NCBI GenBank assembly: GCA_964036045.1
Contig: OZ038378.1
Location: forward strand, 181,536,001-181,600,000
Length of the DNA stretch: 64,000 bases
Source of the DNA: Eutreptiella sp. 'Long Island Sound 2002'
Taxonomy: Eukaryota > Protista > Euglenida
Reading direction: 5' to 3'
The notes beneath the pieces were generated by a model. That model was not told the DNA's origin. It made no database searches and was given only the letters and a program-made list of their open reading frames with translations. Positions 34,481-48,065 of this stretch are shown here, in pieces; within the stretch, counting starts at the first letter, position 1, and every line of letters begins with the position of its first letter. Position numbers and translations under genes: made by a program.

Positions 34481-35219
34481 CGGTTGTTGTAGGTTCAGAG
34501 CTTCATTGCAGCAACATTCCATGAAATCGCATGAAGACAAACAGAAGTGGGCGACTTGTCATGAGACACACCGATTCACAGGCATGACCCAGCCCCTCTT
34601 TCCCACTACAACCGGCTGACAAACATGCCGTTGTGCATTCTTCACTCCCAAAACTATCCGCAAAATGGCCGGATGGGCTCAGGAACACGCCGGTCAGAAG
34701 GGTGAGTGCCGAGACAGGATTGTGCCAGCACATGGGGTAGGGGGGTTGCACATTGTTGTGTTGGCTTTTTCCAGCACCACCCAACCCCCTCTCTCAAACA
34801 ACTTGCAACTGCTCCTCTCAACACAATAGATCTCTTGTCTGTTGGGTGTATGATGCAACCCAGAGTCAAGCCACACCGGGACTTGTTCCCTCACACCGTT
34901 CCTACATGGGGTCCTTGCTCCTTTATTTGCCTTTGGGAACGTAGCCAACCGGGGGTCTCCGAGGGCGGTATATGTGCCATACTTACTAGTGGGGCCGTGT
35001 AGTACAACCGATATTTAGTGCCATTCCTTTGGAGACTTGACTTCTGCACCCATGCCGCCCATTCGCTCGCCAATGCTGAGAGGCTTCAGCTCATTCATTC
35101 TCACACCGTGAAATTTCCAACACGGTTCCTATCACTGACTGGAGAAGTGTAACACAGCACCAGAAATTACCATACAGGACATCATACTTCCCTCCTCATT
35201 TCTCTGGCCCACTTTCTCC

Positions 35220-35540
35220 ATGGATCTCAGTATTGGGGATAGGGTGTTCTACACCCGCTCCAATGGCCTGCAACCTCCTGCCACGGTGGTTGGGACGGCT
35301 TAAGACGGACTCCTCCACTTGGAATACTACCAAGATGGGTTGAGAGTGGTACATCGGCAATGCAAGATTGAGTCCATCTCCTTTGCCATCCCATTCAGAT
35401 TTGCCACCTCACTGCCCTCCATCTCCGCCTCCCAACACACAGTCAAGTTCCCCCCCAAAGGCCCTTGGTCCTTCACCACTGCCACAAGAACCGGGAAGGT
35501 CCCCCTCAAGGTCCCCTCTAGTCCAGTTTGGGTCGCCTAA
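35220..35540 (+). pseudogene. Tudor/SH3-like domain relic with an internal TAA (35301-35303)
   Basis: MDLSIGDRVFYTRSNGLQPPATVVGTA*DGLLHLEYYQDGLRVVHRQCKIESISF; aligns by eye with the 63400-63996 ORF. Confidence 0.55.
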
Positions 35541-35873
35541 TTCTAAGGGTGTTTCCAAGGGGCGTGCCTAGGGGCTCCTCGGTGGGAACATAGTCTAAAA
35601 GGAGCGCACACTGCAAGGATTCCCTCTAGGGCATGCATTGAGTAGCCGTTTGCTTGCTTGTGGCATTGGGGCTTGGTTAAGAACATCTGGCGTGGCGGCC
35701 CCAATAAGTTGCACCAATCAGTCCGTATTTTGTTGCATTTTACGCAATTTTGCATTCGCAGGTAGGTGCGTCACGCCCCCTATAGACCATGGGAGCATGT
35801 CCCGCCTCATGTTTGGACTGACAAAAGCAACTCGGCCACCACGCACGGTGAGGCAGAGGATGAGGCAGAAGTG

Positions 35874-35966
35874 TGTGTGTTGTGTTGTCAGAAGCGTTCC
35901 ACCATCACCGTTTGTGGTGAGTGTGAAGAGCACTATTGTGCTGAATGCATTGACACCCACACTTGT
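35874..35966 (+). pseudogene. B-box type 1-like zinc finger fragment
   Basis: CVLC-x9-CGEC-x4-CAEC-x3-H fits the B-box1 spacing; preceded by an acidic stretch. Confidence 0.55.
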
Positions 35967-38900
35967 GGGACCAATGTTCTTTGTTAAGTACAATACAAAT
36001 GACATTTGGCGTTGTTGAATTCACAGCTATTGCCTTATTATGCAACGTGCTTTGTAGGGAATGTGTGCAGTCCAACGTGGTCTACTTGGGGGTTTTCTCC
36101 ATGAGCGGGTAAATCTAGGGCTGAAGTCGGGATAGCCAATAGAAAAGCAAACGTTCCCCCAATGGCAGGGATCGGCAGTGCAAGGGTTTTGTGTTGTGGT
36201 ATAGAGACGGCAAAGAGAAGCGCACGGGCTTCCTCTTGTGGTGCGGCAGCATTGGGTTGCAGGGCTAGGACCAAAAACAATAACCCTGGTGTGCCCTAGA
36301 TCGACGAAACTTGCCTGCATGTGCTCCCCATTTGACTCTTTTGATGTGGACCAGGGCCAGGACCAAAAAAAAATGTCCCTGGTGTGCCCTAGATTGACTA
36401 AACTTGCCTGCATGTGCTCCCCACCTTGTTTATGTAGGACAATACATGTCCCAACTCAAAATAGAAGGGTTGGAAGACTTCAATGATGACCCAGAAGTTC
36501 CAGAAGAGGATGAGGATGCCGTGCACCAATTGCCCCAGCACGGGGGGGGGGGGGGGTTATTCGGCCATTTGAAACCATCACTAAAGGGGGGGGTTTGGCA
36601 TGACGCCATGGTGCGAAAGGTGTGGTGTGAATCATTAGGGCCAAGGGGAGTTATTAAGCCCAGCGTCCAAAGCCACCTCTGGCTAAAAATATGCTTGTGC
36701 TTTCGTTGCTGATGTTCGTCTGCATTGATCCAAGAACCACTTTGGGTGAGGCGTTGGGCAAGGACGAGGACATCCCATAATTACACCCACTGACAAGATA
36801 GATGATTTTTCGGTCACTTTTTATAGCGATCATCCATTCGGGCCATCCTTGGGCGGTCCTTAACGCAAAAAAAAAAGTTGTTCTAGAACCTAGTATTTTC
36901 AAAAGAGCCCGCGGACAGTACATGTCTTCACCCAGGTGTTCCCAACTGTTCAACCATGAGTCCCTAGCCCAAAATTTGGGTAGAGAGGGAAGGTTAGGGC
37001 AGGGAGGAAGAGGAAGATCACAGGGTGGTGAGAAGCTGATGGGCACCACAGCCTATGGTGGGAAAGGGTCCAAGGGAAGGGCGGCGAATGGCGATCGGCC
37101 AGTAGGCGCCGCCAGCTGCAGACGAGAACAACACACCATGGTGTCATGCCGAAACCCCCTCGCATTTCGCCGAATTCTTTCTATTTTTCTGGTTTCGGTT
37201 GCTTGTGCTTCGGGGACGGGTGGTTTGGCATGACACCCTGACGACCTAAGGGGTAATATTGCAGGAGTTGTGTTGCCACATGGCAAATGGTTGGATAGAA
37301 GGAAGAAAGGAGGAGACGGCAACAATGAAAACGTGGGAGAGGAGCAAAGGAGGGTGTGAGAGGGAAGAGGGAGAGAAGCAATAGAGAGATGTGGAGTGGA
37401 AAGCAGATGACACAAGAGAAGAAAGGAGAAGAAAACGGAGATGTGGGCAGGAGAGAGACAAAAGGACAAAGGGAAGTAGATCCAAGATGGCTGAAAGAGA
37501 TGGAGATGGAGGGCATGAAAGAATGCGGACCAAAGAACGGGATAAGCGGAGACAAGGGAAGCGGGGGGGTAACGGTTAGGGGGCTCATGGCGCACGGACA
37601 TGGCGGGTCCCGCGTGGCCGCGGCGTTACGTCGCGGCGTGTTGGACGCGGCTCTCGGCCCTAGGGGTCAGCGGGTGTCGCGGCGCCGGGGCGTATACCGT
37701 GCTTTGCCCCTTTACAACCCCCAAATACAAGATGCGGAAAGAGGAAAATCGAGATCTACACAAAAGAAGTGTCCCATTGCCAAAGCTGCATGCCAAAACC
37801 ACCACGAACCACCAACACAATCAAAAGAACAAGTAGCCATGCCACTCAGCCCAATCACAATGGCATAGTGACATCTAATTTGAGACGACTGATTGAAGTT
37901 GGTCCACATGGAATTCGCATAGTACTGGAGATGGCATCCCAAACCCCAACTATCTCTGCGGTAAGAGCACATGAGCCAACCAGTTCCTCGAATATTTGTA
38001 CGTCTTCAAGGACATCCTCAAGAAACCAGCGAAGAAGCCAGTCACATTGGCCCTTGGGTATCGTGGTCTTTTTTGCAAACACCCCCTTTTAACGCCAACC
38101 TATTCTCCCTCCAACACCAAGCTACTGTTAGGATGACAACCAACGTCTCCCCAATCCGCTTAAGTACGAAGAGCTGTATTCAGGACCGTCCACTAAGATG
38201 CTTCTCATGCAAAACCCCAAACAGTTGCATGTACGTGCATCGTTTACTTGGGGCCACAACCTCTGTTGGCACTAGTGGGGCCCTCAAAACCAAATGCACA
38301 TCTCTTCCTTCTCCTCCATACTAAGGACTTATTAGGTCAAAAACATGTGCAACCTGTTGACCCTCGGCCTCTACATGTCACTTATTGTCACCCCACACGT
38401 GAGTGGTGCTATTCAGCAATGAGGGTGAGCAAGAACTTAAGTGCAATAAAGGACTTCATTCGCTTTGAATCAAGGCTGTAGCATCCTGCCAAGCATAGTG
38501 GTTAACAACGTGACGGTCCCCTCGATGGTTGGGGGAGCACAAGAGAAAGGACAGGGGAGAACATGGCAAGGGCTTCTTGGAAGGCTGCTTGTACAATGTG
38601 TACCACAACTGCCCCTTGAATCAATGTGATTGCGAACTAATTACAAATATGCAATGAAATGGAATTAAAATTGAGCAAGTGCAATTTCTGCAGTACACAT
38701 CATCCATGATAGCAAGTATTTCAGGTTGTTCTTCATGACCACGCGGGTATGCCCCATTGGTGCTTCCAAAAGACACCATCATTTTTCCACAATGATTGGG
38801 CCATAAAAAGAATGTGAATGAAGTGTTGAGTTGCTAGCATCAACCCACATGCAGCCAACATTTTTGGCAGTGGGGTGACATTAGCAGGCACCCTAAAAGT

Positions 38901-41900
38901 GTGTCACCATATCAATCAACCGAGAAAAAGAGTAGATGTGGTGGGAATGGGTAAAAAATGTGTGCAAAAAGGTAGAAATGGGTGAAACAGGGTGAACATC
39001 CAAAAATGCCATATCCCCAATGCATCAAAACCTACTACCAAACAACAATAATGCCCAAAGTACCACAAAGTATGGGTTTCTACTAGCGCAGTGCGCTTAA
39101 GGCGCCCCTCTATACGACCCGTGCACGTCATTGTAAGATTGTTGGCGGGCTGTCAAATTGCCATTCTTTCTTCCAATGAATGGCACAATGACATGAATCC
39201 GGCCTTTATAAGCACCATCATGGCCCCCAACTTGGAAATCAAATTCGAAAGAAATCACCTTGGGTACGAGAAGGTCCACACCCATCCCAAATTAAAACAT
39301 GCTAATGTCCCAGGGGCCAAGGGGCAAATCCAAATAATGTTGCCAACATATCAACGGCAACAATCACCTTATAAACATGCGACACATACTTAGGCATCCA
39401 CAGGTCGGCACCCCATATCCCGCCAATGGAAGTGATGGGCATGGAGTCCGTGCAAATGTGAAAAAAGCATCAAAACACCCGTTTTCAAACAACAATAATG
39501 CCCATAGTATCACAAAGTATGGGGTTCAAGGACGGCTAGACGTCCACGTTGCACTGCGCACGCACTACGCTTAGTGCACCCCCTAAAAGGTCACCGGTGG
39601 GGCACGGGTAAAAAAGATGCCTGGCGTGCTAACGCTCCCCCTTTGTACCCCACGACGAGGTCTACAGAGTTTCTTTCAGCGGGGGGGGGGGGGGGGGGTG
39701 GGCTGCCCCCTCCCCTGGGGTGCCGAGTTTGTAGGGGCGCCGAAACGAATTTCTGGTGAAGTGGTGAGAGCCAACGTGACAAGAAAAGATCACCAACAAA
39801 CAACATTTGCCATACAGAATTCCACAATGGGGGGTCCAAGTCTTTTTCGAAAATCTCTAAAGTCAAAAAGGCCGCAGCTTTAGCCATGGGATGCAATGGC
39901 ACCTCCCCGACACCATTCCTTCAAACTGTCCATTACACGCTTGCTTGCGATTGGAGACATCCAACCCTCACCATGGAAGGGAAGCCTCAAGCTTCCTCCC
40001 CTTCATGAACATAGATGCCATAGCTGTAGTATAAGGGGGCCTCTAAGGACAAAAAAAATGCAACAGATAAACGGAGGTAACAACGGCAGAACAAGGAATG
40101 CAGTACAAAGCAGGCAACTACATAGATCAATTGCGCCGAAGGTGGTGAAGCCAAATTTTGGCCCAATCTTTTTTTGGTAGGGGGGACCCCCCGGGACCCC
40201 CCTTGGGGTGCCAAGTTGTTAAAAAGAACTCTGGAGACCTCTACACTGCCACTGGCGCAAGCACGACCGAAATCAGAGATGCTGCCTTGCAGCTCACAGG
40301 CAAGCAGTTCTTCAGGGTTTGGGCCCCATTGCAGCACCACCGCACGAAAATCACATTTGGCCGTTGTTCAAGTTTTTACAGGCAGGGCCCAGCCCCGCTG
40401 TCCCACTGCAATGGGCTCCAAAACTTGTCATTGTACAATCTGGACCACAAAACTCGCCGCACTTAGACAGGGCCGCGATAGCTCAAAAAATCGAGGTCCG
40501 TTCTTATTGCGCCCCCCCCCCCCACCCCCACCAAAAAAAAAACAAAAGCCCGCCTCCGGTACGCTCGGACCTCTGCAGCGCCAGCCGACAAGTCACTGCT
40601 CTCGGTCATCGGCCAACCGGCGTCCGTTGACCATCAACTGCCGTTGCTTAGGCGCCAACGTTAGTCGGTTGCGTGTCAACCGCCATCGGTGAACCACCAT
40701 CTTGCCCGCCAAAACCTCAGGCCGTCCTGAGTGGTAGCCAAATATCTCATTGCCAAAGGACACAATTATGATTATCCGTCTATTCCTTCCCGGATATGCG
40801 CACGCATCATGGCCATCCGCGCCAGTCACTCAATGACTAGAGAAGCGCAGTTGCGCAAACGGGTGCAGTGGCACTGTGCTCGCACTCACCGTCCTGCAGG
40901 CCACGAATTGGGGCGTCCCTTAAATCCGAGGGACACGTGGAGCACCCGCTGAACAAACGGAGACCTCGTGAAAAGCGCCGGAGATGATGATGACCCGCAA
41001 GGAACAGAACCGACAAACTCAAACAAGAAGCGGCCCCGAGGGGCTGTCTTCCCGCCGCACGCCCAGCGCTGACTGCGCGGGGATGGGCCCTCCCAAAAAT
41101 CGGGAATTTCGCACCCGAAATTCGCGAATTCAAGTTGAGAAATGCGCTCAGTCGGCGACGGGGGGCCGTCGTACCGCACGTGTGATCACCGGGACTGTGG
41201 TCCGCGCCCGGGACGCGCGCCGGGCAGGCAGCCCCCCTTTGTGCCTCTCGCTCGCAGTGCTGGCGCCCCGCATTGGGCGGTACCCAAGTCAGCGGGCCAC
41301 AATGGGGCCCGCACGGTCCTTGTTCCAAAATACATTCAGGTCACGAAAGCGAGTGAAAAGAAAAATTTGGTGAAATGTTGGTTAGCGGCCAGCGATAGGT
41401 CAGGGCAATGCATGGGCACATGGATACAGTTATGGCAGAGGTAAGGCCAGGAACGCACAAATGTACCAGCGGAAAGTGGCGGTGTGGTGCAGCGCCCGTC
41501 CCAACACACCAAACGCACACCGAAGCAGCCCAGGGGCTGGAGGCGAGCGGATTGGAGGGCGGACCTGTGCACAATGCCATGGATTTGTGCGTTGGGTCAT
41601 ACGGCTGGGGGATTAGCAGAGAAGCACTTTGGAACACGCAGTGATATTAGTCGCAGGAAGAGTACCTGACTGCAGAAAAGGACAGCGCAACACTGCCGAC
41701 TGAAACACGTGGAAAACAGCACACATGCACGTACACATCTACACCCATGTCCACGTATGCATGCACATCCACATGCACATCCACGTATGCATGCACATAC
41801 ACATACGCATCCACGTATGCATGCACATACACATACGCATACACAGACACATGCACTCACATACACATACACAAACACACACATGCACCGAGAAAAACCA

Positions 41901-44892
41901 CTGCAAACTCCAACACCCCGAAGGTAGTCCAATGCAGCGCGTGGGGAAGTACCCACCTGAAAAGCGTGCAAAGCTCACTGAACAAACTTCACAGGTGGAC
42001 TTCAGCGGTATGGCCCTTCAAGGGACTGGATGCAGCAGTCCTGCCGCAGAACCAGTCTGAAGCAGCGTATCGTAGGGTATTGTGACGTCAGCCACCCATG
42101 GCAGCCGGCATAGAGTCATAACGGACAAACATGGAAAACAAAGAATACATCAGACATGCCCATGCAGCTCCGCAACTATCAACTTGCACAGGGCGCCAGT
42201 CATGTCTTCGGGGCATGCAATGGCATTACGGACGGAGACATAAAAACTGTAGTTGTGATCCAGCAAAACATTCAGACGTGTGGCAGCTGTCGCCACAGAA
42301 CACGGGATAGGGAAGAACGTTTCGCATCGACCCCTTTGCATGTGAATGCAAATCGAAATGAACAAGCCGTGCAGCGTGGACTCATTTAGGTGTTGCTCAA
42401 AGGCTCAAAATTGTGCCCGGTCCCCGGGTACTCATCCCCCTGTCCAAGCTATGACTAGGCAACCCCAAAACATACAGTCCCTGTGGGGGGTGTCGCTTGG
42501 ACAAGCCGTAGTCTAGCAAACATGGGGGCAGGTTTTTGCTTAGTGGCACCGGGGGGGGGTGGCCAGCCGAGGCCGACCCACCCACCCACATCAGAAAAAT
42601 CAGGGGAAAAAACAAATTTAATCGAAAGACGCCCATAATTTGATTTTAGGTACACAAATCTTTTTTTAGCCTCTCACCCCTCTCCCGAGGGTAGGGAGTC
42701 CGCCACACTCAGCAATAGCCTGCACGGGGGTGCATCAGCCACCGGGACACGTTAGGGGGTGTTTGCGCACAAGAACACCAAGAGCCAGCATGCGGAGGTC
42801 GAAACTTGCAGCTGAAAACCATGGAGCACCAAAGAACGTATGCTCGCCCATGCAGCCAGTACATAAGTAGAGGTTGCATGCTGCGCGTTCCGACGTGTCC
42901 CCATTTTCCACAAACTTGGGAGATCATAGAAAGCCCTCTCTCCACTAAATCCGCAATGTGGATGACACGAGGATCGAAGAAAAGAAAAGAAAAGAAAAGC
43001 GGAGAAATTCGCCCCCAAACCACTCCAAGAAACGTACTCCCGTGGCAGCAAGACGCTCCCGTTGAAAAACAGGGAGAATCATGTACCAAAGTGCATTTCC
43101 GTTGGCCCATGCTCACGTGACTCTGCATTTATTTCCAGCTGGGCCTGCAAAATGGCCTGATTTGCACACGGCAAGCGCACAACGCATGGTGCGCGCCACT
43201 CGCGTATAAAAATGGTGCAACTGGCCATAAAGTAGTTCATAATAATTGTATACAAACAGCAAATTGTCCACATCGCACGGTAACAGAGCGAAACCTGTTT
43301 GTCAGAGGCACCATCATTTTGGTATGGAACAAAAAAAACTCAAGGCCCCTAAGGGTAGTGTGGCTTGGACATCGTGTAGCTTGGCATCAACTGACAATGG
43401 TTGTCACTCTCCGGTCTCACTCTGGCATCCATTACAGCACCCGTTGCATCGATGTGGTGACGCCGCGACACACATCAAACTTGCAGATATGGCGCTGGAG
43501 GCGCCGACGTGAATGGCTGGGGGGTCTAAACCAAGGACGATTGTTGGCACGGCATCCAGCATCTCAACAGGAACAATGAATTAAAAAGTCCAAGCCAATC
43601 CCATGGCATTTGAGGAACTGGTGACGCATGTGCAACTAATGCCGATTGCTGCTGCAAATGGAGAACGGGATCCATAGGTCTGCACTGGACCCCCCAACAT
43701 TCACGTCCTGCTGGCCACCGGCGGGAGTTACGGGGCACGGGGCATTGGAGTGTCAATGCGTTCTGTGGGCCGCTTTGTGCAATCAAAGGGCACGGGTGGA
43801 GAGTGTTGGGGGTGGGTGGGTGGGTGGGTGGTATTGCAAACGATGAGACCCGATTCCTGTGGTCATGGGTTTCACAGCAGTACAGCCCCATTGCGCAACC
43901 AGGGCACCGGCAATGCACCGCCAGAAAGCACCATCAATAAGCGCCAGTAGCACAAGGCATGCTTTTCATGCGTTGAGCAGACTCTGTATCCAGTGACCCA
44001 AACGAGAGTGCCAAGAGAGGCAGAAAAAGAAAAAGAAATTTTTGGACAAAAATACCTGGACGCTTTCGGTCCTATTCAGGAACGATTGCGAGACGTGAAA
44101 AAAAGTGGAGAGGCGGATTTTACAGGTGAGGAGTTGGTCATGGAAGCATGCATTGGACGACTTGCACAAGAATAAGACTTGGCTTAGGGCGCAGCCGCAG
44201 AGTGTCGTGCGGAGAAATGGGCCTGATCGGATCGATGATGAGCATGTTTGCCGATATCCACCACCTCGCACATGGTCCGGCAGAGGCCAGTTCCTGGGGC
44301 AGGCACTGCACACGGCCGCTTGCTTCCTACCCTCCTTCGTACCGAGCGGTAGATGTGCCGCGGCCGCGTATTGACGGGTGTCACACAAGTGTCACATGAT
44401 GAGGAGCTGTTTCTCAGGGAGACCCCGTTTGCCGGCCGAACGCGTGCGGCATGCCTGACCACGAGGCTACTGCTTAAGACCCGAGCAACAGCACGCACTT
44501 GGCGTGGGTGGGGGGGGGGGTACAATGATCGCATCGCGCAGGCGTGTGGCCACACAAGATACACACCCGCCCAGAGCAGCGTCGCAATGACGCCGACATG
44601 GCCCACGACAGGGCGCACACGACGGTGTTCGTTGCAGACAAAGCCGCGAGGTGCTCCCCCCCACAGCTCTGCCGACCCCGGGTAAGGGGACCAAAGGAGC
44701 AAATCGCTGCGTCCATGTCTCGACCCTTGTCTCCCGTTGCCACTTGGGATACAGCAGAGGCGGACAGACAGAGACAGGAGAGAGTGATATAGCCCTCGGA
44801 GTAATGCCTGTGCTGCGCGATTGATTTTTGTGGGCGTCCGCATCTGGAGATGAAAAATGCCTGGTTTGTGTCACTCTCCCCACTGCTGTCAC

Positions 44893-45029
44893 TTGCTGCT
44901 GCAAATCGTCAACTGCAAAACCGGGTTTCCAGACTTCCCTTCATAAACAGAAAACATCTTGTCGCTGATGAAAACTCTGTATCTGCCTTTGCTCGGACCC
45001 TCGAACGCCTCTGGCGCTGATCCAAAGAT
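44893..45029 (-). CDS. Candidate gene B exon: IFGSAPEAFEGPSKGRYRVFISDKMFSVYEGKSGNPVLQLTICSS
   Basis: Strong pyrimidine tract cttgccttcctcAG; only the phase-0 frame is open to the GT donor. Confidence 0.45.
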
Positions 45030-45707
45030 CTGAGGAAGGCAAGTCGGAAGGCAAGTAGACTGTGGATAGCGTCTGCAAGGCCTCTCAGCAAATCACACTC
45101 TGAATCGAGATGTGCCAAGGGGGTGAATCGTGCAGAGAGGGCCACGAACACACCAACTACCCCAAGATGGCTCAACCCGAAGGCAAGAATCCGTCAGCAA
45201 CATGCAACTGGGGGTCGTACTGCAGTAACTGCTGGGCAGGTTCGTTGCCACACGGCTCTGGGACTGTCTGCGGCCAGGGGCTCTTGGACTGTGTGTGCAC
45301 ATGCTGGGAAGAGGAAACTAGAAAACAGCAGCATACAAGCAGGATCTGCATCCCCGACAGGTCCCTGTGGTTAAGACACTGAAGAATGAGACGGTTTGAG
45401 GAAGCATTGGATCACTGAGATCAAGAGTAATGAAGGCTGGGGCTTTATGTGCGCAGGTATTACTATCAGAGTTGGCGTATTTGCTGGTTGTGTGGTGGCT
45501 TATGGGCACAGGTAGTAATGCCAGAGTTGAGGATTTTGCAGGTTGTGTGGTGTGGGTTTGGCTGTGGCTGTGGCTGTGGGTATGGTTGTGGCTGCTGCTG
45601 TGGTTTTGAGTGTGTGTGTCTAGGTGGGTGGGTGTGGATGTGGTGATGGGTGTGGTTGTGAGGTTGGTTGTGAGGGTGGATGGCTGCAGCTGTGGTTGTG
45701 GGTATGG

Positions 45708-46052
45708 CTACGGCTGCAGTGTTAGAGCCGGCAAATGACGGTGTGCCGGGGCGGGTTTGGCGTGTTTCAGGTCCCTCATGGGCGGCTTGGGGCTGGTGCT
45801 GCTCTTGCTGCCGTACCCCAAATCTCGGATGAGGTTGGCGCGCGGGCTCTTGAAAGCCGGGCTCTTGTCAGCGTCTAAAATTTCCCTCGCGAGGGAATTC
45901 CTGCCGAGCGGGCTGGGCCTCAGCGAAGGGGACAGATCATGCGACGCCCCCGTGTCCAGTAATTCGGTGGGGAATCCCGGAGCAGTTACGCCCGCAATCG
46001 AAATGCCATTTGCCGGCAGCGAAGAGGCGGTCGGCAGCTTCGTTCGCGACCC
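45708..46052 (-). CDS. Gene A probable terminal exon: GSRTKLPTASS...HRHLPALTLQP*
   Basis: cctttttAG acceptor, 115 codons open to TAG at 45710-45708, phase 0 matches the previous exon. The joined exons give 1037 aa before the stop. Confidence 0.7.
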   Translation of the reverse strand, partial: GSRTKLPTASSLPANGISIAGVTAPGFPTELLDTGASHDLSPSLRPSPLGRNSLAREILDADKSPAFKSPRANLIRDLGYGSKSSTSPKPPMRDLKHAKPAPAHRHLPALTLQP

Positions 46053-47282
46053 CTAAAAAGGATCATGGCAAAAGAGGATGTGCAAAGCGAGAGAAACCGG
46101 CAGTTGGGGGGGGGGTGACTCACCGTATTGACGGTTCGTGGAGCGCTGTCCGTCATTCAGAATGAGTAGCTGACCTATCAGGACGTCGCAGGTTACCCCG
46201 TGCTGGGCTCGGGGATGCACGCCACCACTGACCCTGTCTGAGACAGACGCAGTGAAACCCGTCACACACAAACGCCCACACACACACACACACACACACA
46301 TACGACCGTTTCGATTCACGGTTCTGACCTGGGGAAATTGGAGGCCCTACGCAAAGCGATTCGTGGAGTGTCTGCGCTCACCCACACGCAGTTGCCGCCA
46401 TTGCAGTCCGCACAGCACGTTCCCATGTCCGGCTGAGTGCCGGGCTGCACAGCCGGAGACATGATGCAAAAGGTCGGGACTGAGCCCCCAGACCGCACGG
46501 CGCGGGCTTAGCGCTGTAGGTCCTGAGGCTGGTGAGGCCTGCCAGAGGTCATCACACCCACCGCAGCTCCGAATGTATCGCTCTGGGTATGGCATCCCAA
46601 AGGGTGGAGGCACACAAGTTCCTACTGAACTTCTTGTCCGTGTCCCTCTGACTGGAACAATTGGGGGACAGCTGGGGGCAGGCCAGGCGCTGGAAGGGGC
46701 GCTGGAAGTGACAAGTGCTCCTGCCCAGTCCCTCAATGATGCGGCCCCTTCTTTGAGACAAGCTGTCGTTCAATAAATCCCCCACACAAACCCATGCCCC
46801 CCCCCCCCGCCTCCAAAACCCAAAACCTCCTGATCTTCGCTGAAACAGAAGGGACACGCACCACATAGACTGCGATGCGCAGGTGCGCATGCGCGGGCCA
46901 CGAGGACGAAAGGCTCCCGAACGGCACCGGGGCATAGGCACCCGGGCAGAGGAGGCGTGCAGGGCAGGGGGGCACAGGAACACAGATGCGCATGCGCAAA
47001 CGGGCACGGGGCCAGAGGGAGACCGAGGCATATGAAGGCAATTTGGATGAAAACAACCTCAAGCAAATAGGAAGCGCAAATGAAGTTGCAAAAAGCATCA
47101 GGTCATTAGCAAAAATGACGAAAAAACAATAATTTTCTCCCCCAATCTAAAGCGTTGGGGACCCCCCTAGATTGTAGGGGTTATGCAGCTAATCTCTCCA
47201 TTGTGGGCTACTCCTTCTTTTGCCCCCGCCTCACATGTACCACCGGTGCCTAGCATAGAACATTGCACAGGGGCACACACAC

Positions 47283-47723
47283 CTCCCGGGACCGCGTCTG
47301 CCTCTTGGGGCGGCTCTTCGGGGACGTGGTCGGGCCGTTGCGGATGGAGCGGTCGGCGGCGACCCATTCCATTTGGAGATGGATCTCCGAGGCCGACGCG
47401 GACTTGGGCGACACGCTGGCCTTCCCGGAGCGCGCCTCCGGGGTCGACGGCTTGGCGTTCTGCGGATTGCGGGGCGGCGACCGGCCGTGCGCGGGGCTGA
47501 CCGGGACCGGGGCCGCACGGAATGTGGGGGGCGGTGCCGCGGGGATGCTCGCGCTCTGCGAGCCCGCGAGGGACGTGATGGTCAGGCTCCCCATTTGACG
47601 CGGCTCGGCGGCCGCCCGCGGGGTTTGCGGTGACGGGACCGGCGCGCTTGGCGTTGGCGGGTCCGGTACGTTGCCGTCGCTGACGTGCTGGTACGCCGGC
47701 CCGGACCGGGCGAAGGCCATGGC
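47283..47723 (-). CDS. Gene A exon, Pro/Ser-rich disordered: AMAFARSGPAY...KRQTRSRE
   Basis: cttgtgttgcAG / GAG|gtgtgt, 441 nt, phase 0-0. Confidence 0.8.
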
Positions 47724-47804
47724 CTGCACAACACAAGCGGGCGCGGGTCCTCTCTATTCCCCTGGCCCTGCTATCCAGCGCCCGGCAGCTGCCATCCATC
47801 CCCC

Positions 47805-48065
47805 TGTGTGACATTCCGTCTGGTTGTTGTTCCTTTACGGGGCCCTGGACAGTCACCCGTTCTTCCCTTCGCATGTTGCGTCGGGTCGCTGCGTTCTGTC
47901 GGCCGCTGCGGCCGGTGCTCTTGCTGGTGTCGTTTCCCCAGTGGTTGGTGTGCCGGGGCTGTGCTGGATGTGGCATGTTGTGTCGTTTGCGCGTCAGTGG
48001 CGCCCAGTTGTTGGCGTATTGAGGTTGTGCTGGTTGTTGCCGGGGTCGTTTGACTGTTTTCCCCG
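47805..48065 (-). mobile_element. R1 copy 4 (intron of gene A)
   Basis: Same conserved end and body. Confidence 0.8.

Noticed and set aside
37700-38830. DDE transposase relic (FFLWPNHCGK..., HLQYYAN...)
   Set aside because: The motif fragments are weak and in the wrong order for the family I had in mind; left as unassigned decayed DNA
39160-39260. piggyBac (FKGR), Harbinger or integrase (WDDHLP) assignment of the conserved peptide
   Set aside because: Only 3-4 residues match and the flanking catalytic motifs are absent
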